Assembly (NCBI GenBank): GCA_028704555.1
Contig: JAQWFD010000019.1
Span: 880-64,879 of the forward strand
Direction of reading: 5' to 3'
Source of the DNA: Desulfobacterales bacterium
Lineage (GTDB): Bacteria; Desulfobacterota; Desulfobacteria; Desulfobacterales; JAQWFD01
Length of the DNA stretch: 64,000 nucleotides
Shown here piece by piece: positions 26,732 through 36,753 of the stretch (position 1 is its first letter; every line of letters starts with the position of its first letter). A model generated the notes under the pieces. That model had not been told where the DNA came from, did no database searches, and saw only the letters and a list, made by a program, of their open reading frames with translations. The position numbers were made by a program, and so were the translations under genes.

Positions 26732-29032
26732 ATGAAAAAAAAATCTTCAAAAAAGTTGCGCCTGAAACCGATTCTGAAACTGTTTTCTGCCCTGTTGTTT
26801 TTTGTAACTGTCGGTCTTGCGGTTTACAGTCTTTATCTTTCCAGTCAGATTGAGAACCGGTTTGCCGGGCAGCGCTGGCAGATACCGTCAAAGGTTTATT
26901 CAGATACCACCATCCTGTACCCGGGCCAGCGCATCCATAAGGATTTTTTTCTTGAAAAGCTCAAAAACCTGGGCTACCGGAACGTCGGGCATTCGCCAAA
27001 ACGCATGGGTGAGCTGAACCCGTCACCTTCTGCCGTTGAATTATATTTGCATGATTTCACCTCCCATTCCGGGACACGGAAAGGCTTTCCCGTAAGAATT
27101 GAATTTTACAGGGATTCAATAACCTCAATTGTCCGCAGGGACAATTTTACGCCGGTGCCGATCCTGGAGCTTGAACCTGAAGAAATTGCCCTGTTTTTCG
27201 GACCCGATCGGGAAAGAAGGCAGCTGGTATCCATCCAGCATGTCCCCCGGCATCTGATCCATGCGATCATGGCGGCCGAAGACACCCGTTTCTACAGTCA
27301 CCACGGCATCGACCCTGTCGGCATTCTCCGTGCCATTTACACCAATCTGCGACACGGATCGATCCGGCAGGGAGGCTCCACCATTACCCAGCAGCTGGCT
27401 AAAAATTATTTTCTGACTCCGGAACGCACCCTGTCCCGAAAATTAAAGGAAGCCCTCATTTCGCTGATCATGGAAACGATGTACGAAAAGGATGACATCC
27501 TTGAGATCTACCTGAATGAAATTTATCTCGGGCAAAATGGCCCTGACTCGATCAACGGCATCGGAGAGGCGTCTTTTTTCTATTTCGGCAAACCGGTCAG
27601 TGAACTTTCGCTGTCAGAATCCGCTGTCATGGCCGGGCTGATCAAAGGCCCCAACCGCTATTCGCCCTATGTGAATCAGAAGCGTTCACGCGAGCGGAGA
27701 AACCAGGTGCTGCAATCCATGCTTAAAAACGGCTGGATCAATGAAAAACAGCTGAAAAATTCCCTTGATGCCCCGCTGCGAACCGCCGGGGCAAATGTCC
27801 ATCAAAGAAAAGCACCCTATTTTATCGATTATCTCTCAGAGCAGCTGACCACGCTGTATTCCGGGGAAGACCTGGCCAGCATGGGATTGTCCATCTATAC
27901 AACGCTGGATACCCAGGTTCAACGGGCAGCGGAAACAGCGCTGAAAAATGGATTGGCGCGCCTGGAAAAATCGATTCCGTCACTGAAACGCAAATCGCCG
28001 GAAAAGAAACTTCAGGGCGCGGTGATCGTGATTCAGCCGAAAACCGGCTACATTCTGGCCATGGCCGGCGGGCGGGATTACGCGAAGAGCCAGTTTAACC
28101 GGATCACCATGGCGCGCCGACAGCCCGGCAGCGCGTTCAAGCCCTTTGTGTATCTGGCCGGACTCGATCAGTTTACACCCGCATCCATTTTATCCAACAT
28201 CCCGAAATCCTACTCCGTCAATGGGAAACAATGGTCTCCGGAAAATTTTGATCCGGTATCCGAACCCGAGGTCAGCATGAGGACCGCCCTGAAAAATTCA
28301 TACAATCTGGCCACGGTTGATCTGGCTATGAAGGTGGGACTGAAAAAAATTATCACCACGGCCCGCAGCTTTCACATTTCAACGCCCCTCAAGCCCTACC
28401 CTTCCCTTGCTCTGGGGGCATTTGAAGTCATCCCGATCGAACTGGCCGGGGCCTTTTGCACCTTTGCCGCAGATGGCTTTCAGCCCTACCTGCTGTCACT
28501 GAAAAATGCGGCGGATGAAAGCGGCCGGGTTCTCAACCGCAGGCATATGAATATCGAGCAATTGATTTCCCCGGCCAAAGCCTTTATCATGAATTCCATG
28601 CTTCGCAGTGTGGTGGAGGACGGAACCGCCCGGTCCCTGAAAAATCTGGGCATTTCGTTTCCGGTTTCCGGGAAGACAGGCACCACCAACCAGTATAAAG
28701 ATGCGTGGTTCGTCGGATATACCCCGGATATTCTGGCGCTGGTATGGGTCGGGTTTGACAATGGCGATTCGATCCACGCCACGGGTTCAACCGCCGCCCT
28801 TCCCATCTGGGCCGAGCTGATGCGTGCAATCCCGCAGTATGTTTCCGGAGACTGCTTTGCCATGCCCCAGGGGGTGGTACGAAAAACCATCTGTTCAGAA
28901 TCCGGCAAACTCGCCGTTAGTCATGCATGCCGAAACACAACAGAAGAATTTTTCCTGGAAGAAAATGTACCTCAGGAGCAGTGCCCGCTGCATCAACCCA
29001 ATATATTTTATAAATTTTTCAATAAAGGATAA
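26732..29032 (+). CDS. mrcB: class A penicillin-binding protein, PBP1B-like (glycosyltransferase + transpeptidase)
   Basis: N-terminal TM, a UB2H-like insert, and GT51 motifs EDTRFYSHHGID and GGSTITQQ. Transpeptidase motifs SAFK, SYN and KTGTT. Start at MKKKSSKK, 8 nt after the anti-sigma stop. Confidence 0.9.
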   Translation: MKKKSSKKLRLKPILKLFSALLFFVTVGLAVYSLYLSSQIENRFAGQRWQIPSKVYSDTTILYPGQRIHKDFFLEKLKNLGYRNVGHSPKRMGELNPSPSAVELYLHDFTSHSGTRKGFPVRIEFYRDSITSIVRRDNFTPVPILELEPEEIALFFGPDRERRQLVSIQHVPRHLIHAIMAAEDTRFYSHHGIDPVGILRAIYTNLRHGSIRQGGSTITQQLAKNYFLTPERTLSRKLKEALISLIMETMYEKDDILEIYLNEIYLGQNGPDSINGIGEASFFYFGKPVSELSLSESAVMAGLIKGPNRYSPYVNQKRSRERRNQVLQSMLKNGWINEKQLKNSLDAPLRTAGANVHQRKAPYFIDYLSEQLTTLYSGEDLASMGLSIYTTLDTQVQRAAETALKNGLARLEKSIPSLKRKSPEKKLQGAVIVIQPKTGYILAMAGGRDYAKSQFNRITMARRQPGSAFKPFVYLAGLDQFTPASILSNIPKSYSVNGKQWSPENFDPVSEPEVSMRTALKNSYNLATVDLAMKVGLKKIITTARSFHISTPLKPYPSLALGAFEVIPIELAGAFCTFAADGFQPYLLSLKNAADESGRVLNRRHMNIEQLISPAKAFIMNSMLRSVVEDGTARSLKNLGISFPVSGKTGTTNQYKDAWFVGYTPDILALVWVGFDNGDSIHATGSTAALPIWAELMRAIPQYVSGDCFAMPQGVVRKTICSESGKLAVSHACRNTTEEFFLEENVPQEQCPLHQPNIFYKFFNKG

Positions 29033-29040
29033 TCTTTCCG

Positions 29041-29553
29041 GTGAGTAAAAAACACATCTTATTCATGGCAATTGCTGCCTGTCTGCTCTCCCTGGTTACA
29101 ACCGCCTGCAGTAAACGAATAATCCTCTCATCCCCACCGGTGTATCAAATACCACCGCCAGCGGATAAAGAAAAAGCCGGGCCAATACACGAAGAGGCAA
29201 TCGGAGAAACCCCGGAAGAAACAAAAAAGGAGACACCAGAGGAGTCAAAAAAAACGATCTCTCCCCGAATGCTTGCCTCTCTTCAGCTGACCCGCCAGGG
29301 GCAGACTTTTCTGGAAAATGGCGATGCGGACAATGCGATAAATTTTTTTGAAAAAGCGATCAGCCTCAATCCGAGAAACGGGGAAAACTACTATTATCTG
29401 GCCGAAGCCTGGCGAATGAAGGGCAACTACCGGCAGGCAACGGAATTTAATCGCCTGGCAGACATCTATCTGAACACGGACATGGACTGGCGGAGCCGGG
29501 TGGAAAAGCAGAAAAAACAGATCGCTGAAAACCGCAGGCGGTCTACACCCTGA
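29041..29553 (+). CDS. TPR-repeat lipoprotein
   Basis: GTG start and lipobox LVTTAC. Pro/Glu-rich linker, then TPR-like AINFFEKAISLNPRNGENYYYLAEAW. Confidence 0.7.
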   Translation: MSKKHILFMAIAACLLSLVTTACSKRIILSSPPVYQIPPPADKEKAGPIHEEAIGETPEETKKETPEESKKTISPRMLASLQLTRQGQTFLENGDADNAINFFEKAISLNPRNGENYYYLAEAWRMKGNYRQATEFNRLADIYLNTDMDWRSRVEKQKKQIAENRRRSTP

Positions 29554-30508
29554 TTTTCCAGCAGCGGTGGATCGGTTTCTTGTTGCTGACGTAGTCTTCC
29601 GGAATGGTGAACGACGTAATTTCCACCACATCGGTAACTTGCAAATGTGCCAGGCGCGGCTGAAAATCCTGGTGGTTTGTGGAAAAGAAAATCGTGGAGC
29701 CGTCCCGCATCACGTCTAGAACCGCCTTGAGCAGTACCGGATGATCCTTTGATATGTCAAACGTATCCCGTATATTTCTGCTGGTTGAAAATGAGGGGGG
29801 ATCCACCACCGCCAGGTCAAATGTCTGATTTTTGCGTTTCGCTTTTTCAAGAAAGTCAAATATATGAAACTTGATCAGCGTATTGCCCTCTTCGGCAATC
29901 CCGTTGAGTTCCATGTTCTCTCGGGCCCATCTGACAGCGGTTTCCGATCTGTCGACAGACACCGTGGTCCGGGCCCCGCCCTTTGCCGCGTAGCAGGAAA
30001 ATGACCCGGTGTAGCAGTAAAGATTCAAAAAATCCCTGCCCTCAGCCGCCTCCCGTACCATCTGTCTGGTATTTCTGTGGTCGGAAAAAAGTCCGGTATC
30101 GATATAGTCGTAGGGGTTTACATAGAACTTCAAATCCCGTTCGGACATGATGATTTTTTTATTTGTATTATCGATGCGGCTGTACCGGTTTCCGTCCTGA
30201 CGGCCCACGCGTCGTTCTTTAAGATGAACATCTGATGAAGGAACCCCGAGTGCCTGTGCAACCGCCTCTCCCATCATCGGCAGCCATTCGGGCGTGGATT
30301 GTTGCCGGGTGTATTCAGCAATTACCAGATGCCCCGCATACCAGTCGACGACAGCCCGTATTTCAGGTATGTCCCAATCGTAAAGTCTGAAAACCTCGAT
30401 ATTCTGCCGGTCAAAGCCTTTGCGCAGATGCTTGTAGCGTTTTCTGACTTTGTTCGCAAGCATCTGGGCCTGGTTCCGGTATTTTGCCATTAAATTTGGA
30501 TCTGTCAT
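29543..30508 (-). CDS. rlmK: stand-alone RlmK-like 23S rRNA m7G methyltransferase (homologue of the C-terminal half of RlmKL/YcbY)
   Basis: Aligns along its length with the remembered RlmL C-terminal half: FRLYDWDIPE, DTGLFSDHR, DFLNLYCYTGSFS, VDPPSF and IHRCW. Confidence 0.75.
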   Translation of the reverse strand: MTDPNLMAKYRNQAQMLANKVRKRYKHLRKGFDRQNIEVFRLYDWDIPEIRAVVDWYAGHLVIAEYTRQQSTPEWLPMMGEAVAQALGVPSSDVHLKERRVGRQDGNRYSRIDNTNKKIIMSERDLKFYVNPYDYIDTGLFSDHRNTRQMVREAAEGRDFLNLYCYTGSFSCYAAKGGARTTVSVDRSETAVRWARENMELNGIAEEGNTLIKFHIFDFLEKAKRKNQTFDLAVVDPPSFSTSRNIRDTFDISKDHPVLLKAVLDVMRDGSTIFFSTNHQDFQPRLAHLQVTDVVEITSFTIPEDYVSNKKPIHRCWKIRV

Positions 30509-30547
30509 TTGCTGGAACTCTCTTTCCTATTCTTTTGGATTTACCGC

Positions 30548-30638
30548 CCGTCCTCTGTCTGCTGCTTTCTGTCCTCTGTCCTCTGACTTCTGACTTCTGT
30601 CCTCTGACTTCTGTCCTCTGTCCTCTGTCCTCTGCCCT
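30548..30638. repeat. 13-unit tandem heptad array (CTGTCCT / CTGACTT)
   Basis: Read directly: ..CTGTCCT CTGTCCT CTGACTT CTGACTT CTGTCCT CTGACTT CTGTCCT x3 CTGCCCT. The last unit overlaps the RND gene stop codon. Confidence 0.9.
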
Positions 30639-33600
30639 CAGATTCCTGACGGCTTTTGAACGGAATGTTGAGGCACACCCGCCAGCTGGTGAACGTCTTC
30701 CACAATCAGATACAGTGACGGCACCAGTACCAGGGTGATCAGGGTCGCAAACAGCACACCGAAACCAAGGGAAATGGCCATGGGAATCAAAAACCTGGCC
30801 TGGCGGGATGTTTCCATAATCATGGGCGCCAGTCCTCCGAAAGTCGTCAGGGTGGTCAGCAGAATGGGACGGAATCGTTGAATTCCGGCCGCATGTATGG
30901 CGGCGACGGCAGAATCACCGCCTTGCCTGCGGCGGTTGGCAAAGTCAATCAGCACGAGAGAATCATTGACGACCACGCCGGACAGGGCCACCACACCGAA
31001 CATGCTCATGACACTGAGGCTGTAGCCCATCAACAGATGGCCCAGCAGCGCCCCGACCATTCCGAACGGAATGCAGATCATTACAATAGCCGGCTGGGTA
31101 TAGCTTCTAAACGGTACGGCCAGAAGCCCGTACATGGCCAGCAGGGCCATGCACAGCCCTAATCCCAGGCTTGTCATGCTGTCCCGCATTTCAGCCTGAT
31201 GGCCTTCGAAACTGTACCGGAGCCCGTAATGGCGATTGATCAGATCCGGGAGGGCATCGGATTTCAGGGACGAAATCACCCGTTCCGCCTGGCTGGGAGG
31301 ATCCACATCTGCCGAAACAGTGATAACCCGACGACCGGCCCGCCGGTTGATTTCCGTGTAGGCATGCCCTCTGCTGATATCGACCACATCCCGAAGCAAA
31401 ACGTCTACCCCGCCCGGTGTCCGGATCATCAGCTGCTCCAGATGATATTCGGAAACCCGCTCGTTTTCCGGCAACCTCACCCTGACCGTCAATTCGTTCC
31501 GGCCCCGCTGCTGGCGAAGGGCTTCGGCGCCATAAAAACTGTTGCGCACCTGGCTGGCCACCTCACGGGCCGTCAATCCCAGGGCCCGGCCTTCGGGACG
31601 GATTACAAAATCCAGCTGCTGTTTGCCGATGGCAAATCCGTCATAGATATCCTTGACATTGGGAAAATAGTCCAGCGCTTTTGCCAGATCTTCGCCGGCG
31701 GTCTTCAACATGTCCAGATCACGGTGACTCAGTTCGACCGTCAGTGCCGCTCCTGATCCGGGTCCGCCAATATCGGAACGAAACGCGAGGTTTTCCAGCC
31801 CCGGAATATCACCGGTCTCATTGCGCCATTGGTTGATAAAATCGCCTGTCTGAACAGGACGAACGTCAGATGCGGTCAGATACACCCGGATACTGGCCAC
31901 ATGACCGCCGGAGGTCCCTAAAATCCTAGAACTTCCCCCGATCTGAGCATAAATACCTTTCACAAGAAGGTCCCCGCCGTTTTCAGATGCGACCCTCATG
32001 GCGGCCTCAACCAGCTGGTTCTGGACAGCCCCGGTTTTTACAACCGAGGAGCCATAGGGAAGAACGGCCTCGGCATAGGCAAAATCCGATTCGATCCGGG
32101 GGAATAAAGCCGTACCGATCCGGCCGCTTTTCACATAAGCCAGTGCCACCAGCAAAGCCACCAGCCCGATGGCCAGTGTCAGGTATCGCCAGGCAAGCGT
32201 CTTTTCCAGAAACGGCGCATACACCTGTTGAATCATCCGGGAAAACCCGTTACTGAATCGCTGCTGGCCCCGATGCAACCAGCCGAAAACACCCCGGGGA
32301 CTTCGCTTCTTCTGATGCCCTAAATGCGCCGGCAGGACAAACAGACTTTCTACCAGGGAAATCAGAAACACCGTAATCACAACGACCGGTATGGTCCTGA
32401 ACATCTTTCCGGGAATGCCCGGCACAAAATAAAGCGGCATGAATGCCACCACATTGGTCAGGATGCTGAACACCACCGGCATTGCCACTTCCCTGACCCC
32501 CAGAATGGAAGCCCTCATGTAGGAATGTCCCTGTTGCCGGTAGAAATAGACATTTTCTCCCACCACGATGGCATCATCCACCACGATACCCAGCGCCACA
32601 ATAAATGCAAACATGGACATCATATTGATGCTGACATCCATGAACGGCAGAAAAAGAAGTGCCCCGAGAAATGATGTGGGAATTCCCATCGCCACCCAGA
32701 AGGCCAGCCGGGCCTCCAGAAACAGTCCCAGCAGAATAAATACCAGGATCAGGCCGAGAAATCCGTTGCCAAGCAGAAGCTCCGCCCGCTGCCTGTAAAC
32801 TTCGGATTTGTCGTTCTGGGTAGCCACCTCAAGCCCCGGCGGCATGGTATGCCGATACTGTTTGATATAATCATGAACGGCTGTCGATACACTGATGGGC
32901 GTCTGGTCTCCTACCCGGTAGACATCGAGCATGACGGCCGGTTTGCCGTTGTACGTGGCAAACCGGTCCGAGTCTTCAAACCCGTCGATGATTGTGGCGA
33001 TATCTTCGAGCCGGACCTGGGTGCCGTCACTGGTGGTAATAATGGGAATCCGGGCGAACTCTCTGCCGTAATCCCTGCGTTCCTTCATCCGCACCAGAAT
33101 TTCACCGCCTTCGGTCTTCAGGCTGCCTCCGGGAAGTTCTACGGAAGCGTTTTTCACCCGGTCGGCAATATCCTCCAGGGTCAGATTATACGTCCGCAGA
33201 TTTGCCTGAGGGACTTCAATACGGATCTCAAAATCACGGACACCGTCCAGTTCCACCTGCGTAATGCCAGGGTCCTGAAGCAGCCCGTCCCGAATCTGCT
33301 CGGCAGTTTCGCGAAGAACCCGTTCGTTCTGATCACCATAAAGCGCCAGAGATACCACATCCCTGCGATGCGTGGCTATCTCCACCTGGGGTTGCTCGGC
33401 CTCTTCCGGAAACGTGGTAATGCGATCCACTTCACTCTGGACGTCCTGGGCCAGTTTCTGAATATCTTCTCCCACGAGCATTTCCACAGTTACCACCCCG
33501 GAGCCCTCACTGGACGAGGAACTGATTTCCTTGACACCGTCAAGGCCCTGAACCGCCTCTTCAATCGCCAGGATGATGGCCTGTTCGACTTCCTCAGGGC

Positions 33601-33793
33601 TTGCGCCGGGATAGGACACCGTCACGGTAACCGAATCCGTGTCAAACTCGGGGAACACTTCCTGTTTCATCTGGATACCGAAAATCAGTCCGCCCACGAA
33701 CAACACAATCATCACCAGATTGGCCGCCACACTGTTTCCGGCCATCCAGGCAATGGGACCGCGGGATATATCGTTGTTATCTGTTTGTTTCAT
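30638..33793 (-). CDS. RND efflux transporter permease (AcrB/HAE-1-like)
   Basis: 1051 aa with 12-TM RND architecture. TM4 motif GIVVDDAIVVGEN is AcrB-like, not CzcA-like. Confidence 0.95.
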   Translation of the reverse strand: MKQTDNNDISRGPIAWMAGNSVAANLVMIVLFVGGLIFGIQMKQEVFPEFDTDSVTVTVSYPGASPEEVEQAIILAIEEAVQGLDGVKEISSSSSEGSGVVTVEMLVGEDIQKLAQDVQSEVDRITTFPEEAEQPQVEIATHRRDVVSLALYGDQNERVLRETAEQIRDGLLQDPGITQVELDGVRDFEIRIEVPQANLRTYNLTLEDIADRVKNASVELPGGSLKTEGGEILVRMKERRDYGREFARIPIITTSDGTQVRLEDIATIIDGFEDSDRFATYNGKPAVMLDVYRVGDQTPISVSTAVHDYIKQYRHTMPPGLEVATQNDKSEVYRQRAELLLGNGFLGLILVFILLGLFLEARLAFWVAMGIPTSFLGALLFLPFMDVSINMMSMFAFIVALGIVVDDAIVVGENVYFYRQQGHSYMRASILGVREVAMPVVFSILTNVVAFMPLYFVPGIPGKMFRTIPVVVITVFLISLVESLFVLPAHLGHQKKRSPRGVFGWLHRGQQRFSNGFSRMIQQVYAPFLEKTLAWRYLTLAIGLVALLVALAYVKSGRIGTALFPRIESDFAYAEAVLPYGSSVVKTGAVQNQLVEAAMRVASENGGDLLVKGIYAQIGGSSRILGTSGGHVASIRVYLTASDVRPVQTGDFINQWRNETGDIPGLENLAFRSDIGGPGSGAALTVELSHRDLDMLKTAGEDLAKALDYFPNVKDIYDGFAIGKQQLDFVIRPEGRALGLTAREVASQVRNSFYGAEALRQQRGRNELTVRVRLPENERVSEYHLEQLMIRTPGGVDVLLRDVVDISRGHAYTEINRRAGRRVITVSADVDPPSQAERVISSLKSDALPDLINRHYGLRYSFEGHQAEMRDSMTSLGLGLCMALLAMYGLLAVPFRSYTQPAIVMICIPFGMVGALLGHLLMGYSLSVMSMFGVVALSGVVVNDSLVLIDFANRRRQGGDSAVAAIHAAGIQRFRPILLTTLTTFGGLAPMIMETSRQARFLIPMAISLGFGVLFATLITLVLVPSLYLIVEDVHQLAGVPQHSVQKPSGI

Positions 33794-33855
33794 GGTGGTT
33801 GGTTATTATCAGTTATTGGTTGAGGGTTGAATAAAAAACAATTAACAATTTGCCA

Positions 33856-33883
33856 CTGATTTCTGACCTCTGAACTCTGACCT
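33856..33883. repeat. 4-unit heptad array (CTGATTT CTGACCT CTGAACT CTGACCT)
   Basis: Same CTGNNNT heptad family, ending 2 nt below the adaptor gene stop codon on the + strand numbering (immediately 3' of it on the coding strand). Confidence 0.8.
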
Positions 33884-33885
33884 TT

Positions 33886-35106
33886 TCACTCCGTCCGTAT
33901 CGGCATTCCTTCCACGGGAGCCGCGATATCGGAGATGATCAGGTTTTCTGCTTCCTGAAGTCCGTCTTTTACGATAACTCTGTGTTCATCCCGCCAGATC
34001 GTATCCACGGGCCGGATGTGGAGGGTTCCATCGCTTCCGGCAATCCATATCCGGGAGTCATCCCTTAAAGCAGAACGCGGTATGGAAAATACCTCTTTCA
34101 GATAGACGCCGTCGATTTCCACCCGGACGTACTGTCCGATAAAAAGTGGCGGCTTTTGTTCACCGGATACGTTCAGTGCCAGGGGGTCTTTTACGGCAAC
34201 CAGAATCCGGGCCATTCGCCCCTCGGTTTCCAGCTCTCCCAGCAGACGGATGACCTGCCCGACACGCTCACTGACAGCACCGGAATTATTCCCGTAAAAA
34301 ACACGCGCCACCGCCCCCGGTTCACCGGCTTTTCGGGGAACCGCAATCCATTTCAGGGCATCCACAGGGATGGACACCTGAACCCGGAATTCATCGGTTC
34401 CCACCAGATGTGCCAGCTCGTCCTGCGTGGATACCTGGGAGCCTTTTGCGACATTTTTTGCAAGGATCACGGCATTAAACGGCGCTATGACCCGGGTGCG
34501 GTCCAGATTGAGCCGGGCCTGTTTCAGATCTGCCTCGGCCGAAGCCAGATCGGCCTGCGCATTTTCCAGATGTGGTTTTCTCAAAGCCAGCGCCTTATCC
34601 ATGCCATTTACCGGGCCATCTACCGGCTTGCCCGCGTTGACAATCTGCCATTCCCGTTTGGCAACTGACTGCTGCCCCATTTCCAGTTGAAGAGCGTATC
34701 GGGCATTGACAACCCGGGTTTGTTGTTTTTCCACCGCCAGGCGATAGTCTTCCGGATCGAGCAGAACCATTTCTTCACCGGCTTTTACAATGCCTCCTTC
34801 TGTAAATTCCGGATGAACGGAGACAACATGCCCCGATACCCGGGACCTGAGCTGAAGCTCCATGGCGGGAATAACGGAGCCCATGGCCGGCACCACGACG
34901 CGTTCGGAGGATGCCTGAAGCCTCATTATCTGCACTATGGGAAGCGGTTTTTCCGGTTTCTTGCGCTGGGCTTCCGGTCCGGTCCGGCTCATCTGATACG
35001 CCCCCGCGGCACCAACAGCCAGAACCAGCAAAGGCAGAAGTATCTTCAATACCAGTTTCCAGCGACTCGTTTTTTCCATCATTTCAACATTATTTTCCGT
35101 ATTCAT
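33886..35106 (-). CDS. RND efflux periplasmic adaptor (membrane fusion) subunit
   Basis: N-terminal TM, lipoyl/coiled-coil hairpin and beta-barrel pattern. Lies between the OMF and RND genes. Confidence 0.9.
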   Translation of the reverse strand: MNTENNVEMMEKTSRWKLVLKILLPLLVLAVGAAGAYQMSRTGPEAQRKKPEKPLPIVQIMRLQASSERVVVPAMGSVIPAMELQLRSRVSGHVVSVHPEFTEGGIVKAGEEMVLLDPEDYRLAVEKQQTRVVNARYALQLEMGQQSVAKREWQIVNAGKPVDGPVNGMDKALALRKPHLENAQADLASAEADLKQARLNLDRTRVIAPFNAVILAKNVAKGSQVSTQDELAHLVGTDEFRVQVSIPVDALKWIAVPRKAGEPGAVARVFYGNNSGAVSERVGQVIRLLGELETEGRMARILVAVKDPLALNVSGEQKPPLFIGQYVRVEIDGVYLKEVFSIPRSALRDDSRIWIAGSDGTLHIRPVDTIWRDEHRVIVKDGLQEAENLIISDIAAPVEGMPIRTE

Positions 35107-35140
35107 ATGACCTGTTTTCGTTCATCTGATGTTAATGCCC

Positions 35141-36556
35141 TCAAGCCCCGAAGGGGCGCTCATCTTTCAACGCGTCCGTCCAGGTTCCACCCAACGCCCG
35201 GTAAAGCCCAACCCGGTTAGTCAGCAACTGAGTTTTCTCCTGAATCAGATCCAGCTCGAGTCCCTGAACCGCCAGTAACTGGGTCAACACCGGAAGGTAG
35301 TCATTTACCCCTTTGAAATATCGTTGTCTGGCTTCTTCAAGCGCCTTGCGGGCAGCATCAATCTGAGATTCCAGCGCCGTGATGCGCTGCTGTTTCCGGC
35401 AATCGGTAACCAGCGCATCTTCTACCTCTTTGATGGCCGTATAGACGGTCTGCCGATAGGCTGCCAGTTTCTCATCCACGACCGCCTGCTGACGTCTGAC
35501 CTCGGATGATCTTTGTCCTCCATCAATCAGCGGCCCGACCAGATTGCCCGCAAGATTCAACAGCCAGTTATCAAAAATCAGGTCCAGCTGATCGGCAGAG
35601 TACAAGGCCTGAGCAGACAGACTGATGGTCGGGAGCCGGTTGGCGCGTGCTTCAGCCACCTGCCAGTCCGCGGCCTGGAGCCTGAACCCTGCGGCCCGGA
35701 TATCCGGACGTTTTGACAGCAGATCAGCGGGAATCCCGGCCGCCGGAATCGGGATCAGATCCGGAAGGAAGTTATTTTCAATGTTCAGTTCATATTGTGG
35801 CGGTTTTCCGATCAATACCGCCAGTTCGTGCGCCAGCAGCTGTTTTTGAGCCGCCACGGACGGAATCTGGGACTTGATCTTTTCAACGATCTGTTTCTGC
35901 TGAAACACATCCAGTGCCGTTGCCATAGAATTCTGAAATCGAAGTTCGATCAGTTCCAGATAGGTCGTATTGGTTTGAAGCTGTTTTTCCAGCACCCCGA
36001 GCTGCATGGTCTGCGAAATGATATCCAGCCATCGGCTGGTTACCCCTGCCGCCAGTGTCATCGCTGCCGTGCTGATCTCTTCCCGGCTGGCAGACACCTC
36101 CAGCAGATCGGCTTGCCGCCCGGAACGAATCCGTCCCCACAGATCCAGCTCATAACTGCCGGCCAGGCCCAGTGAAAAATCCTTTGACTCACGTTCCATG
36201 GACACGCTGTCGGCGTTCTGCCGCGTCCAGGATGCACCGGAGGTAGCATTAAGATCCGGATACAGACCGGCGCCTGATTGAACCGCCAGCTCCCTTACCT
36301 GTTTCAGCCGCGCCCAGGCCTCCTTCAGAGAAAAACTGCCGGAGAGGGCTTCTTCGATCAGCGAATCGAGCGTCGGGGAGTCAAACTGCCGCCACCATCG
36401 CTGAGGAAATCCGCTCACTTCATTTTCGTATAAAGAATACGCCTTCGGCACATCGGCCATGGAATCAGGCCTGATTCCGGAGTTGAATCCTGAGCAGGAC
36501 GTTAAAAAAAGGGCCGCTATCAAAAGGCATGCCCCCGCAATAAATTTATTTTTCAT
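35141..36556 (-). CDS. outer-membrane efflux lipoprotein, NodT/TolC family
   Basis: Lipobox LTSCSG. Two OEP repeats with a long helical Gln/Leu/Ala-rich sequence. Confidence 0.9.
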   Translation of the reverse strand: MKNKFIAGACLLIAALFLTSCSGFNSGIRPDSMADVPKAYSLYENEVSGFPQRWWRQFDSPTLDSLIEEALSGSFSLKEAWARLKQVRELAVQSGAGLYPDLNATSGASWTRQNADSVSMERESKDFSLGLAGSYELDLWGRIRSGRQADLLEVSASREEISTAAMTLAAGVTSRWLDIISQTMQLGVLEKQLQTNTTYLELIELRFQNSMATALDVFQQKQIVEKIKSQIPSVAAQKQLLAHELAVLIGKPPQYELNIENNFLPDLIPIPAAGIPADLLSKRPDIRAAGFRLQAADWQVAEARANRLPTISLSAQALYSADQLDLIFDNWLLNLAGNLVGPLIDGGQRSSEVRRQQAVVDEKLAAYRQTVYTAIKEVEDALVTDCRKQQRITALESQIDAARKALEEARQRYFKGVNDYLPVLTQLLAVQGLELDLIQEKTQLLTNRVGLYRALGGTWTDALKDERPFGA

Positions 36557-36753
36557 ATATCGATTCCTGATTCACAGCTGACCCAAAACAGGTACTTCAC
36601 CAAATTTTTTAAATCAGAATGCGAGAAAGTCTGAAAACCAATAAAAACAGCTGATGGCTGATGGCCATTAACCGCTCCTAATATAGAATAATTTTTCGTT
36701 ATTACCATAAAAATATCCCCACAAACAATACTAATGGTTCAGCGTTTTTCACT

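Noticed and set aside
30548-30638. CRISPR array suggested by the tandem repeats here and at 62940-63013.
   Set aside because: The units are 7 nt (or about 24 nt) and directly abut each other with no unique spacers. No cas genes are in the window. These are simple tandem or MITE-internal repeats.
30638-33793. RND pump as a CzcA-type heavy-metal exporter, which would have fitted the nearby CnrX-like module.
   Set aside because: The TM4 motif is GIVVDDAIVVGEN (AcrB/HAE-1 type), not the DFGxxxDGAxxxxEN motif of HME-RND. The ECF module is also separated from the pump by two unrelated genes.
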